64,000 bases of DNA from Candidatus Woesearchaeota archaeon. Its GTDB lineage: Archaea; Nanobdellota; Nanobdellia; Woesearchaeales; UBA10216. This document shows, piece by piece, positions 29,759-39,837 of this stretch. Within the stretch, counting starts at the first letter, position 1. Every line of letters starts with the position of its first letter. The position numbers and the translations under genes were made by a program. The DNA lies in the NCBI GenBank assembly GCA_016185705.1, contig JACPMZ010000003.1, forward strand, positions 143,929-207,928. Direction: 5' to 3'. The notes beneath the pieces were generated by a model. The model saw nothing but the letters and a program-made list of their open reading frames with translations, had not been told where the DNA came from and did not search any database.

Positions 29759-30178
29759 TTATTTAATCAGGTTCAACCCGGTATCCTCATCAAACTTCCT
29801 GACAAGACTTTCCTTAAGCGGAACAAGGAAAACCTCGCACGTTCCAGATACCACAGCACTCTTCAGGTGGCCTCCAACAGTTTTCATTTCGCGGTCTGAG
29901 AAATTGCCGTGGGCGTGCAAAACAAGCTTGCCGTCCATCACGGCAATGTTGCCTGTAATGGCGTCAATCTCAACATCTCCAAAAGACCTGGACAAATATT
30001 CCCTCTTCTGAATGTCATAGTAAGAAATCTCTGCAGAAGAAACTGCTCCGATGGCAGTAAAATAAGCTGCGCTAATGTTTTTCTGCACGCAAAAAGCCAG
30101 GGTTTCCTTCACTACCTCCTGGCCGCGCCTCAGAACAAAGAAATGGTGCTGCATTTTCAAATACAGTGCCAGCGCCAC
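29759..30178 (-). CDS. PPC/DUF296 domain protein
   Basis: AIGAV, ITGNI, LHAHG, GGHL motifs. Confidence 0.88.
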   Translation of the reverse strand: MALALYLKMQHHFFVLRRGQEVVKETLAFCVQKNISAAYFTAIGAVSSAEISYYDIQKREYLSRSFGDVEIDAITGNIAVMDGKLVLHAHGNFSDREMKTVGGHLKSAVVSGTCEVFLVPLKESLVRKFDEDTGLNLIK

Positions 30179-30202
30179 TATTTATAATTTTACACTAAAA
30201 CC

Positions 30203-30275
30203 CAGTATCTCCGAAACTGCCTTAGTTCCATCCACTGCGCAGCACGCAGTGCCACAGCTGCAATCGGAGATACTG
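30203..30275. mobile_element. short family B element (perfect 12-bp TIR CAGTATCTCCGA)
   Basis: 30203-30214 / 30264-30275. Confidence 0.65.
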
Positions 30276-30324
30276 TACAAAACTAAAAACTATATAAACT
30301 GATATCAAAATAAGTTATCACAAA

Positions 30325-30903
30325 ATGGCATTCGTAACGTTCGGAGAAATAATAGACTTAGTGATAATGATAGCTGCTGTTGGCTTCATATTCAAAGACC
30401 GTGTTCAGATACGGCCAACCGGCGATTACGACCCGCTGACCGATTTCAGGAAGCAGCGCTTTTTCAGCGAGGGATTCAAAAATGCGGTAATCGTAACTGC
30501 GCCTGCCATCGCGCTGCATGAGCTTGGGCATAAAGCAGCGGCGATGGCTTACGGGTTTGATGCGACGTTCCATGCTGCATACACGTGGCTGGGTATAGGA
30601 GTGGTGCTGAAGCTTCTGAACTTTCCGTTCCTGTTCTTTGTGCCGGGGTATGTAACGTATTCTGCTGCAAACATTGAACCTCTTGTCAGGGCGCTGATAG
30701 CTTTTGCAGGGCCACTGGTCAATCTGCTGCTATTCCTGTTTGCCACAGCTGCATTAAAGCAGGGCTGGCTGAAGAAATACGCGCAGCACCTTGTGCTTAC
30801 AAAGCAGATAAACATGTTCCTGTTCATATTCAACATGCTGCCATTCGGCTTCTTTGACGGAGCGCAGGTGTTCAGCAGTTTGATGCAAGCGTTTGGCGGG
30901 TAG
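30325..30903 (+). CDS. site-2 protease family (M50) membrane metalloprotease
   Basis: HELGH, AGPLVN, FNMLPFGFFDG. Confidence 0.9.
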   Translation: MAFVTFGEIIDLVIMIAAVGFIFKDRVQIRPTGDYDPLTDFRKQRFFSEGFKNAVIVTAPAIALHELGHKAAAMAYGFDATFHAAYTWLGIGVVLKLLNFPFLFFVPGYVTYSAANIEPLVRALIAFAGPLVNLLLFLFATAALKQGWLKKYAQHLVLTKQINMFLFIFNMLPFGFFDGAQVFSSLMQAFGG

Positions 30904-30904
30904 A

Positions 30905-31117
30905 ATGGAAATACGCTATACTTTTCATAGCGAAGAGCAAATTAAGGAAAGAAAGATTGAGAAAGTCTGGGTTGAAGAAACAATAAAACATCCTGATGAA
31001 ACAGAGAAAGAAGGCAAGAACAAGTACTATGCCAGAAAGACCTTAAATGGCATCACCCTTGAAGTGGTTTATGTAAAAGAAAAGTATATAAAGGTAGTGA
31101 CCGTTTACCCTGTGTGA
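30905..31117 (+). CDS. DUF4258-like (RelE-fold) putative toxin
   Basis: YTFHSEEQIKERKI...VVTVY; coupled to a DUF2283 gene. Confidence 0.8.
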   Translation: MEIRYTFHSEEQIKERKIEKVWVEETIKHPDETEKEGKNKYYARKTLNGITLEVVYVKEKYIKVVTVYPV

Positions 31118-31323
31118 TGAAAATACGATATGACCCTGATGCAGATGCCATGTATATAAAGCTAAGAGATACCGAAGTAGCACGCACTAAAAAAGTTGAT
31201 AAGCACACTATACTGGATTATGATAAGGATGGCAGCTTGATTGGAGTAGAGCTTCTTTTTGTTAAAGAAAACAACCCCGGCCTTTTGAGAGAGTTTCAGG
31301 TAGAAAATTTAGTGCCTGCATAA
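31114..31323 (+). CDS. DUF2283 domain putative antitoxin
   Basis: KIRYDPDADAMYIKL...ILDYDKDGSLIGVEL. Confidence 0.88.
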   Translation: MMKIRYDPDADAMYIKLRDTEVARTKKVDKHTILDYDKDGSLIGVELLFVKENNPGLLREFQVENLVPA

Positions 31324-31332
31324 TCCTTAACC

Positions 31333-31371
31333 CGGCTTCTTTGACGGAGCGCAGGTGTTCAGCAGTTTGAT
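31333..31371 (+). repeat. displaced 39-bp duplicate of the M50 protease near-3' segment
   Basis: Identical to 30846-30884. Confidence 0.92.
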
Positions 31372-31428
31372 ATGTCAATGAGACAGCGCCTCGAAACTTT
31401 TAAATACAACCTGCTGCGTACCTTTTCC

Positions 31429-33054
31429 ATGCACACAACACATTCTGCAAAGTGGATAATAGTAACTGGCGGCGTGGTTTCCGGCATAGGAAAGGGAACT
31501 TCCACGGCAGGAATAGGAAAGCTGCTTTCAAGGAATTTCAAGGTCGTGCCTATCAAATGCGACGGATACCTGAACATAGACCCCGGAACAATGAACCCGT
31601 TTGAGCACGGAGAAGTGTTCGTTCTTGAAGACGGCGGAGAAGTGGACATGGACTTCGGCCACTATGAACGCTTTCTTAATATTAACTGCAAGTCAGAATG
31701 GAACCTGACAACAGGAAAAGTGTATGACAGCATAATCAAAAAGGAAAGGAAAGGCGAGTTTCTCGGGAAAACAGTGCAGGTAATTCCGCACCTGACTGAC
31801 GAAATAAAAAACCAGTGGATGCAGATAGCTTCAAAGGAAAAAGCAGACATCGTAACCATAGAAATAGGCGGAACAGTGGGAGACATAGAAAACTCGTGGT
31901 TTGTGGAGGCAGCCCGGCAATTAAGGCAGGACGTGGGCAGCAGCAACATAATGTACGTGCACCTGACCTATGTTCCCTATGTGCCATCGCTGGGCCAGCA
32001 AAAAACCAAGCCGGCACAAAGGGATGTGCAGCTGCTCAGGGAAACGGGCATTATGCCTGACATAATAATTGCAAGAAGCAAAGACAAAATAAGCGAGCAG
32101 TCAAGGGAAAAAATTTCCCTGTTCTGCAATGTTCCAGTCAGCGCGGTGATACCGGCACCTGACGTGCATTCAATCTACGAGATACCCATAGATTTGGAAG
32201 AGGAGGGGCTTCTCAAAATAATTGCCGAGAAATTCAGCTTTACGCCCAAAAATGACCTGCAGGAATGGAGAAAACTTATTGCCAACATCAGGAACAGCAA
32301 CAGGACAGTCAATGTGGCGCTTTGCGGAAAATATACGGGGTTGACAGACTCTTACGCCAGCCTGATAGAAGCGCTCAACCATGCAGGAGCCCATTTAAGC
32401 ACAAAAGTAAAAGTGAAAATGGTGGAGACCACTGACATAGAGCAGGGCAAAGCGCCAATAGACACAGTTTTCTCTGACATTGACGCAATTATCGTTCCCA
32501 TCGGATTCGGAAGCAGGGGGGCGGAAGGCAAGATAGCGGCAGTAAAATATGCGCGGGAGCAGAACTTACCATACCTCGGGCTGTGCTACGGGCTGCAGAT
32601 AGCAGTCATAGAGTTTGCAAGGAACGTCTGCCACCTTAAAGGAGCGAACTCAACCGAAATAAACCCGGCTACAAAAAATCCGGTCGTGATGATGCTTCCT
32701 GAACAACGTAAAATCTACGAAAAAGGCGCTACGATGCGATTGGGGGCAGAATATTCAGTTCTTAAAAGCGGCACAAAAACAATGAAGCTTTACGGCAAAC
32801 CGTCAGTGCACGAAAGGCACAGGCACCGCTACGAGGTCAATCCGAAATACCACAAAATACTTGAAAAGAACGGGCTTGTCATTTCAGGCACAAGCAGGAA
32901 CGGCAAGCTCGTTGAGTTCATAGAGCTGCCAAACCTGAGATTCTTTGCAGCAACCCAGGCGCACCCGGAATACAAGTCGCGGCTTGAGCAGCCATCGCCC
33001 CTGTATTACGGGCTGGTGAAAGCTGCGGCGGAGAAGAAGTATGGAAGGGTTTAA
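31429..33054 (+). CDS. pyrG: CTP synthase
   Basis: VTGGVVSGIGKG, PGTMNPFEHGEV, GLCYGLQ, ERHRHRYE, HPE; start placed after the TTTAAATA at ~31399. Confidence 0.97.
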   Translation: MHTTHSAKWIIVTGGVVSGIGKGTSTAGIGKLLSRNFKVVPIKCDGYLNIDPGTMNPFEHGEVFVLEDGGEVDMDFGHYERFLNINCKSEWNLTTGKVYDSIIKKERKGEFLGKTVQVIPHLTDEIKNQWMQIASKEKADIVTIEIGGTVGDIENSWFVEAARQLRQDVGSSNIMYVHLTYVPYVPSLGQQKTKPAQRDVQLLRETGIMPDIIIARSKDKISEQSREKISLFCNVPVSAVIPAPDVHSIYEIPIDLEEEGLLKIIAEKFSFTPKNDLQEWRKLIANIRNSNRTVNVALCGKYTGLTDSYASLIEALNHAGAHLSTKVKVKMVETTDIEQGKAPIDTVFSDIDAIIVPIGFGSRGAEGKIAAVKYAREQNLPYLGLCYGLQIAVIEFARNVCHLKGANSTEINPATKNPVVMMLPEQRKIYEKGATMRLGAEYSVLKSGTKTMKLYGKPSVHERHRHRYEVNPKYHKILEKNGLVISGTSRNGKLVEFIELPNLRFFAATQAHPEYKSRLEQPSPLYYGLVKAAAEKKYGRV

Positions 33055-33098
33055 TACGCATTTGTCGATTTATTGCTGCTAACGTTCCACATTTCGCT

Positions 33099-33150
33099 GC
33101 GCTGCTTACCTGCCCTCCTTCGAAAGTTAAGGAGGGCAGATAAGCAGCGC
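33099..33150. repeat. CCCTCC/GGAGGG intergenic hairpin
   Basis: 22-bp stem with 1 mismatch, loop CGAAAGTT. Confidence 0.8.
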
Positions 33151-33229
33151 GGACAGCAAACAGCAGCAGGGTGAATTCAAATCCGTTTAATACAAAACCT
33201 TTATTAACCTTCCATAAGCTCCCAGAATC

Positions 33230-34279
33230 ATGGACGAAAAAAACAATCCTGCCGGCAGCACAGACGTATCGCAATCTTTTGAAGGAAGCGGAGATAAGCT
33301 GCCTGAAAACATCAGGGCAGCGGAAGAAAAGAATTACAGGAAAACAGACTTCAGGCCGAAGCATCTTAGGCAGGAACAGCGCAATTTTTTTCTTAAGCAT
33401 TATGATGAAAACTACAGGAAACTGCTGATAATTCCTGCTGCTGTCGTGCTGCTGGCAGTTGCCGTGCTGTTGTTCAGCTACTCCACAACAGGCGAGTTTT
33501 TCCAGAAAGACGTGTCAATCAGGGGCGGAGTGACAGTAACCATCCTTAAAACTTACGACAATCTCCGGCAGTTTGACGATATCTCCGAATCATTAGGAAC
33601 AACTGTGAATGCGAGAAAACTCACTGCAGCAGGAGCTGACAGAGGCATAATACTGGATGCAGGAGTGCAAAGCGACGAGGATGTTGGGAGATTTTTACAG
33701 CTGATACAGGAAAAAACAGGGCCTTTGGCGGACAACGAATTCTCTGTTCAGACAATCGGCAGCTCGCTGGGAGCTAACTTCTTCAAATCAATTATGATAA
33801 GCATGGCAGCTGCGTTTGCGCTGATGGCAGCTGTAGTCTTTGTGTATTTCAGGTTTGCGGCAGGACGCTGGATACTTATCCCGTCCGGGTTTGTAGTGTG
33901 GACAGTTTTTGTAGACATCCTGTGCACCTTTGCCGTAATATCGCTGCTGCAGGTAAAAGTTTCCACAGCAGGGCTTGCAGCATTCATGCTTCTGCTGGGC
34001 TATTCTGTAGATACGGACATACTTTTGACTATGCGAGTCCTCAAAGGCAGGCAGGAAAAAATCTTTGACCGCATTGTGAATGCAGCAAAGACAGGAATCT
34101 TCCTCACAGTAACTGCCATGATAGCAGTAACGGCCGGATTGCTGTTGACGCAGGCAGAAACTATCAGGCAAATAATGCTCATACTTGTCATAGGGCTTGC
34201 GTTTGACCTGCTGCACACCTGGCTGACGAACGCAGGCGTACTCAGATGGTATATGGAGAGAGGCATGTATGAAAAATAA
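33230..34279 (+). CDS. secF: protein translocase subunit SecF
   Basis: DVSIRGG, GYSVDTDILL, six TMs. Confidence 0.9.
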   Translation: MDEKNNPAGSTDVSQSFEGSGDKLPENIRAAEEKNYRKTDFRPKHLRQEQRNFFLKHYDENYRKLLIIPAAVVLLAVAVLLFSYSTTGEFFQKDVSIRGGVTVTILKTYDNLRQFDDISESLGTTVNARKLTAAGADRGIILDAGVQSDEDVGRFLQLIQEKTGPLADNEFSVQTIGSSLGANFFKSIMISMAAAFALMAAVVFVYFRFAAGRWILIPSGFVVWTVFVDILCTFAVISLLQVKVSTAGLAAFMLLLGYSVDTDILLTMRVLKGRQEKIFDRIVNAAKTGIFLTVTAMIAVTAGLLLTQAETIRQIMLILVIGLAFDLLHTWLTNAGVLRWYMERGMYEK

Positions 34280-35813
34280 GCTAATGCGAATAATAAGGGA
34301 CAAGAGGGTGATTGCATTAATCATAGCCATAGCCGTAGCACTCATTGCAATCAATCCCAATCCCTGGAGAGATGGCGTAACAGCCAAAAGCGTTGAGAGG
34401 GACAGTCCGGCATCGCTTGCAGGAGTTAAAGCAGGCGAGCACATCATAAGCGTAAACAGCAGGGAAGTAAAAGATACAGAGTCATTTGCCGAGCTCACAA
34501 GCAACCTCGCTGCAAACGAAACAATCTTCATTGAAACGGAAAAAGCATTCTACAAGCTGACAGTGCTGTTTGACGAGCAAAACCAAAGCGCAGACTTAGG
34601 CATAGAAGTGGCTGAGCGCCCGAAAACAAACATCAGGACAGGGCTTGACCTGCAGGGCGGCACGCGCGTGCTGCTGCGGCCGGCGGAAAAAATAAGCGAA
34701 ACAGACCTTGAGCTGCTCATAGAAAACATGAACAAGCGCCTGAACGTGTTCGGACTCTCAGACGTTGTAGTAAGGGACGCATCAGACATCAGCGGACAGC
34801 AATACATCATGGTTGAAGTTGCAGGCGTAAATGAGGAAGAAGTCAAAGAGCTCATATCTGCGCAAGGAAAATTTGAGGCAACAGTAGGGAACGAGTCAGT
34901 GTTCAGAGGAAGCGACGTAGTGGACGTATGCAGGTCAGCCCAGTGCTCAGGCATTGACTATTACGGCGGAGGATGCCAGCAACTTTCACCATCAGAATGG
35001 GCATGCCCCTTCTACTTTTCAATAACGCTCAGCCACGAGGCAGCCCAGCGGCAGGCTGAGGCAACCAAAAATTTGCCCGTAACAGACGGCTATCTGAGCG
35101 AGAAGCTGCTCCTCTACCTGGATGATGAGCTGGTGGATGAGCTCAACATAGCAGAAAGCCTCAAAGGCCAGCCCTCGGTTTCAGTGCAGATATCCGGCTC
35201 CGGCTCCGGCGCAACGCAAAACACAGCATCAAAAGAAGCCATAAAAAACATGAAGCAGCTGCAAACGATTCTTATAACCGGCTCGCTGCCTGTAAAACTG
35301 GAAGTTGCGCAGACAGATGTAGTAAGCCCGGTCTTAGGAGAGGAATTTGTCAGAAATGCCTTACTCACCGGATTAGTTGCGATGTTAGCTGTGTCAATCG
35401 TCCTCTTTGCCGTATACAGAAAAATTGCAATTGCGCTCCCGATGATGCTGACAAGCATTGTGGAAGTATTCCTGCTGCTGGGGGTGGCGTCATTAATCAA
35501 GTGGAACATGGACCTGGCAGCAATCGCAGGAATAATAGCCGCAGTAGGCACAGGGGTAAATGACCAGATAATCATAACAAATGAAGCTCTAAGCGGAGAA
35601 AACCGCGCAAAAAGCTGGAAAGAAAAAACAAAAGGGGCGTTCTCAGTAATCTTCGGAGCATACTTTACGCTGCTGGTAGCGATGATACCGCTGTTCATCA
35701 TAGGCGCAGGATTATTGAGAGGATTTGCAGTAACAACAATCATAGGCATAACAGTCGGAGTATTAATAACGAGGCCTGCATACGCAAAGATAATTGAGAT
35801 ACTGATAGACTGA
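34269..35813 (+). CDS. secD: protein translocase subunit SecD with PDZ-like insert
   Basis: GLDLQGG, GSLPV, GTGVNDQII; SPASLAGVKAGEHIISVN PDZ motif. Confidence 0.9.
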   Translation: MKNKLMRIIRDKRVIALIIAIAVALIAINPNPWRDGVTAKSVERDSPASLAGVKAGEHIISVNSREVKDTESFAELTSNLAANETIFIETEKAFYKLTVLFDEQNQSADLGIEVAERPKTNIRTGLDLQGGTRVLLRPAEKISETDLELLIENMNKRLNVFGLSDVVVRDASDISGQQYIMVEVAGVNEEEVKELISAQGKFEATVGNESVFRGSDVVDVCRSAQCSGIDYYGGGCQQLSPSEWACPFYFSITLSHEAAQRQAEATKNLPVTDGYLSEKLLLYLDDELVDELNIAESLKGQPSVSVQISGSGSGATQNTASKEAIKNMKQLQTILITGSLPVKLEVAQTDVVSPVLGEEFVRNALLTGLVAMLAVSIVLFAVYRKIAIALPMMLTSIVEVFLLLGVASLIKWNMDLAAIAGIIAAVGTGVNDQIIITNEALSGENRAKSWKEKTKGAFSVIFGAYFTLLVAMIPLFIIGAGLLRGFAVTTIIGITVGVLITRPAYAKIIEILID

Positions 35814-35910
35814 GACAGCGCTGCTGCCAATTAAATTCTCCATCGCGAGATAAACCTCAAGGACGCAGGCGATTGAAACATTTAAATAAACATGCTTCTT
35901 GGAAAACAAT

Positions 35911-36444
35911 ATGATAATAACGGTATCCGGCAGCGCGGGCTCAGGAAAAAGCACGGTAGCCCAGATTTTAGCTAAGAAGCTGAAATACAGGCATTATTCT
36001 GTCGGAGACTTCATGCGGGTAATAGCAAAGAAAAGGAAAAAAACACTGCTTGAGCTCAGCAAAGATGCGGAAAGCGATGAAACAATTGATGAGGAACTGG
36101 ACGACATGCAGATATCGCTTGGCAGGCAAGACAACATAGTGCTTGACTCACGGCTGGGCTGGCATTTTATTCCGCGGTCATTCAAAGTATTCCTCGATGT
36201 TGACAAAAACACCGCTGCTCAGCGCATATTCAAGGCAAAAAGACACCTGGAAAATGAGAACCAAAGCTTAAAGGCAACTTTGGAAAACATTAACAAACGC
36301 AAGAAGTCAGAACTGCACCGCTACAAAAAATACTACAACCTCAACCCGTACGACAAAAAACATTATGATCTGGTGATAGACACCACCGGGCAGACAGCAG
36401 AGGAAACTGCCTTCGCCATAATAAAAGCTATAAGCAATCAATAA
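35911..36444 (+). CDS. cmk: cytidylate kinase (archaeal type)
   Basis: IITVSGSAGSGKST, LDSRLG, YDLVIDT; TATA at 35881. Confidence 0.9.
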   Translation: MIITVSGSAGSGKSTVAQILAKKLKYRHYSVGDFMRVIAKKRKKTLLELSKDAESDETIDEELDDMQISLGRQDNIVLDSRLGWHFIPRSFKVFLDVDKNTAAQRIFKAKRHLENENQSLKATLENINKRKKSELHRYKKYYNLNPYDKKHYDLVIDTTGQTAEETAFAIIKAISNQ

Positions 36445-36489
36445 TGTATATAGACTAAATTTATATAACCACTTCGCGCAGGGTTACGG

Positions 36490-37047
36490 ATGCCCGGCAT
36501 TGATTTTTTGAATGAGCCCATTTCTCTGGAGCCCCGCATGGTAGCGCTTGAGTTTGACCTGCAGTTTCCGCCATCTGAAATTGCCAAGGGGATGAAGCAA
36601 TACGTTACCGAAATCCTGGGGGGAGCCTCGGATGAGGATGCTTTAAAAGCCCTGTATGACGAGAGACGCAGAACGCTTGCTGCCCGAGCAGGGCAATACA
36701 GATCAATAGTCGAAAGCCGGCTTCGAACTGGAGACCTCTCACTATTTGTAACAATGTTTTACGAGGAAGGGCCAATGCTTCATGCGCAAAGAAAAATTGC
36801 CTCAATATGCTATTATAAGGCAAGCGGGGTAATTCCCACTGCCGACCACGAAATGCTGATGGCATTGTCACGCGATACAGCTGAAATCATTGAAGTCCTG
36901 TGGAGAGTCAGACACCGCCTGGACCTGAGCACAGGACTGGGGCCGGCAATTTTCCCATCCCCGGAAGCACGGAGAGCTGCGCCTGAAAATATGCCTCATT
37001 CTCCAGTCCCTGATTCGGTGGCCAAGATTTTTGGGCAATATTTATAA
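36490..37047 (+). CDS. hypothetical protein
   Basis: 185-aa ORF with TTTATATA box at 36460. Confidence 0.7.
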   Translation: MPGIDFLNEPISLEPRMVALEFDLQFPPSEIAKGMKQYVTEILGGASDEDALKALYDERRRTLAARAGQYRSIVESRLRTGDLSLFVTMFYEEGPMLHAQRKIASICYYKASGVIPTADHEMLMALSRDTAEIIEVLWRVRHRLDLSTGLGPAIFPSPEARRAAPENMPHSPVPDSVAKIFGQYL

Positions 37048-37070
37048 ATTGACTGCCCTTTGCCCTTTTC

Positions 37071-37757
37071 ATGCAGGAACTGAAAGAAGGCGACTTTGTT
37101 GAGCTGGACTACACAGGAAAAATCGCAGAAGAAGGAGCAGTATTTGACACCACATCAGACGAAGTTGCAAAACAAAACGGCCTGCACGACTCAAAGGCAA
37201 CGTACGGGCCGGTAATTGTCTGCCTTGGCAAAAAACACCTGATTGCAGGGCTTGAAAAGAATCTTATCGGCAAAGAGGCCGGGAAAAAGTATGCGTTTAG
37301 GATACCGCCTGAAGACGGCTTTGGCAACAAAAGCCCTCAGCTCATTAAACTTGTGTCAACGAACAAGTTCCGGCAGCAGCAAATAACTCCGGTGCCTGGC
37401 CTTCAGGTTAACATGGACGGCTACATAGGAACAATCAAAACCGTAAGCGGCGGCAGGACAGTAGTGGACTTCAACCACCCGCTTTCAGGAAAAGAGCTTG
37501 AATACGAAGTGGAAGTCAAAAGAATAGTGACTGGCGTCAATGAAAAAGCTGACGCAATCCTGAAACTGCTCGGCATAAGCATGGAAAAAGAAATAGCAGG
37601 CGAAACACTGACGCTGAAATCAGCAGCAGAAATTCCAAAAGAAGTGCAGGACACCCTTGCCAGGAAAATTACGGATGCTGTAAAGGAAATAAAAACTGTT
37701 ACCGTCCAGGTGACGAAAACACCTGAAAACAGCCAGCAGCCAAACAACAAAATTTAA
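37071..37757 (+). CDS. FKBP-type peptidyl-prolyl isomerase (SlyD-like)
   Basis: DFVELDYTG, FDTT, VDFNHPLSGK. Confidence 0.92.
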   Translation: MQELKEGDFVELDYTGKIAEEGAVFDTTSDEVAKQNGLHDSKATYGPVIVCLGKKHLIAGLEKNLIGKEAGKKYAFRIPPEDGFGNKSPQLIKLVSTNKFRQQQITPVPGLQVNMDGYIGTIKTVSGGRTVVDFNHPLSGKELEYEVEVKRIVTGVNEKADAILKLLGISMEKEIAGETLTLKSAAEIPKEVQDTLARKITDAVKEIKTVTVQVTKTPENSQQPNNKI

Positions 37758-37806
37758 ATAGTAGTGTCACCCCATTCTGAAATAATTTTTTTTGGCGTTG
37801 GGTTAA

Positions 37807-38904
37807 ATGGGAAGCATAATAATGCATTCAGGGGAAGCCAGAGCACATCCTGTCAGCAATTCTGTAGACGCTGAACTGGAACAAATGCTGTCAATGCAGA
37901 AGGCAAGCATCAAAGTTGTCGGAACAGGCGGCGCAGGAAACAACACAGTAACCAGAATAGCTGAAGTCGGGGTAGTAGGAGCTGAAATCATAGCAGTCAA
38001 CACCGATGCGCAGGACCTCCTGTACACAACATCCGACAAAAAAATTCTGATAGGAAAAGAACTGACTCACGGCCTGGGAGCAGGCTCAGACCCCAAAACA
38101 GGGGAGGAAGCAGCGCGCGAATCAGAGCACGACATCAAAGACGCCTTAACAGGCGCTGACATGGTATTCATAACCTGCGGGCTCGGTGGCGGCACAGGAA
38201 CCGGCTCAGCGCCAGTCATAGCAGAAACAGCAAAAAAACTCGGAGCGCTGACAGTCGGCATAGTAACCATGCCCTTTACCATGGAAGGCAACAGGCGCTA
38301 CGAAAACGCCATGATAGGGCTTGAAAGAATGGAAAACATTGTAGATACGCTTATAGTAATACCCAACGACAAGCTGCTTGAACTTGCACCAGACCTCCCG
38401 CTAATGACTGCCTTCAAGGTAGCTGATGAAATACTGACCAGCGCAGTCAAAGGCATAGCAGAAATGGTGACAAAAGTAGGGCTGATAAACCTGGATTTTG
38501 CTGACATAAAAGCAGTAATGACAGGCGGCGGAGTAGCGCTAATCGGAGTAGGCGAATCAGACTCAGAAAACAGGGCTGTGGAAGCAGTGGAGAAAGCTAT
38601 AAACAACCCGCTGCTTGATGTGGATGTTACAGGCGCCAACGGGGCATTAATAAATGTGTCAGGAGGCCCGGACATGACGCTTGAAGAAGCGAGAAAAGTG
38701 GTTGAGACAGTAAGCTCAAAGCTGGACGAAAACGCCAAAATCATCTGGGGCGCGCAAATCTACGAAGACCTGCCAAAGATAATACGGACAATGCTCATCG
38801 TAACAGGCGTAAGCTCAGAGCAAATCTTCGGAAAGGAAAGAATGCACGCAGCACAGAGAAAAACAGAAGTGGAATCTGAGCTTGGAATAGAGTTTCTTGA
38901 TTAA
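37807..38904 (+). CDS. ftsZ: cell division protein FtsZ
   Basis: [24 protein letters not shown]. Confidence 0.97.
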   Translation: MGSIIMHSGEARAHPVSNSVDAELEQMLSMQKASIKVVGTGGAGNNTVTRIAEVGVVGAEIIAVNTDAQDLLYTTSDKKILIGKELTHGLGAGSDPKTGEEAARESEHDIKDALTGADMVFITCGLGGGTGTGSAPVIAETAKKLGALTVGIVTMPFTMEGNRRYENAMIGLERMENIVDTLIVIPNDKLLELAPDLPLMTAFKVADEILTSAVKGIAEMVTKVGLINLDFADIKAVMTGGGVALIGVGESDSENRAVEAVEKAINNPLLDVDVTGANGALINVSGGPDMTLEEARKVVETVSSKLDENAKIIWGAQIYEDLPKIIRTMLIVTGVSSEQIFGKERMHAAQRKTEVESELGIEFLD

Positions 38905-39169
38905 TTCCTGAAATTAATGCGGGCAAGGATAAATATTTTCTGCAATTACCCTACATCCATCTCAACAACTTCTCTGCACTGCTGAGAAATAAGAATAGCA
39001 ACCTCTTTTTTTGCATTTTTTTGTTTTTATTTAACCAATATATAAAAACTTTTTAGTTTATTCCTGACTCTGTCGGAACTAAGGGACTTTCGCTATTCAG
39101 AAGTCCCGTAGAATAGACAGAGTCAAAAATAGCAAGCTTTAAAAACGCCCCCCTGTTTCATGTTTCAGA

Positions 39170-39352
39170 ATGCAGACTTCAGCAGGCAGCAGACTTAAGA
39201 CCTTTATGCTTGAAAGCAGAAGAGTGCTGGCAATAACGAGAAAGCCAACAAAAGCCGAGTTTTTTACCATAGTAAAGGTAACGGGCATAGGCATAATACT
39301 AATAGGGCTGATAGGATTTTTGCTGCAGCTGGCAAGAAACCTGTTTTTGTAA
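39170..39352 (+). CDS. secE: protein translocase SecE/Sec61-gamma
   Basis: RVLAITRKPTKAEF..GLIGF; conserved ftsZ-secE-spt5-rpl11 order. Confidence 0.92.
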   Translation: MQTSAGSRLKTFMLESRRVLAITRKPTKAEFFTIVKVTGIGIILIGLIGFLLQLARNLFL

Positions 39353-39353
39353 A

Positions 39354-39836
39354 ATGGAAGAACCACAAGCGCAAATATTCGCAATACGAACAACCGCAAA
39401 CCGCGAAGAGCAGGTCATGGACTTCATAGCGTCCAATGCCAAAAAGAAAAAACTGGAAGTGTACTCAGTGATACATCCACACGGCATGCGGGGATACATA
39501 TTCATAGAAGCAAAAAGCATGCTTGACGCAGAGCAGGCAGCATTCAAAGTGCCTTACGCCCGCGGCGTGCTTGCAAAACAGCTTGACTATGCAGAAGTCG
39601 AGCACATGCTTGAGCCAGCCAAAAAAGTAGCGATGAACATACAGCAAAACGACATTGTTGAAATCATCTCAGGCCCGTTCAGGCGTGAGCAGGCAAAAAT
39701 AAGCAGGATGGATAAAACAAAGGAAGAGGTTGTGGTAGAGCTGCTGGAAGCAGCAGTGCCAATACCAATAACGCTGAAGATGGACGCAGTAAAAGTCATA
39801 AGAAGGTCAGGGGAAGAAAGAGAACCAGAAGAATAA
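39354..39836 (+). CDS. spt5: transcription elongation factor Spt5/NusG
   Basis: NGN domain (RGYIFIEA) plus KOW (DIVEIISGPF). Confidence 0.94.
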   Translation: MEEPQAQIFAIRTTANREEQVMDFIASNAKKKKLEVYSVIHPHGMRGYIFIEAKSMLDAEQAAFKVPYARGVLAKQLDYAEVEHMLEPAKKVAMNIQQNDIVEIISGPFRREQAKISRMDKTKEEVVVELLEAAVPIPITLKMDAVKVIRRSGEEREPEE

Positions 39837-39837
39837 A

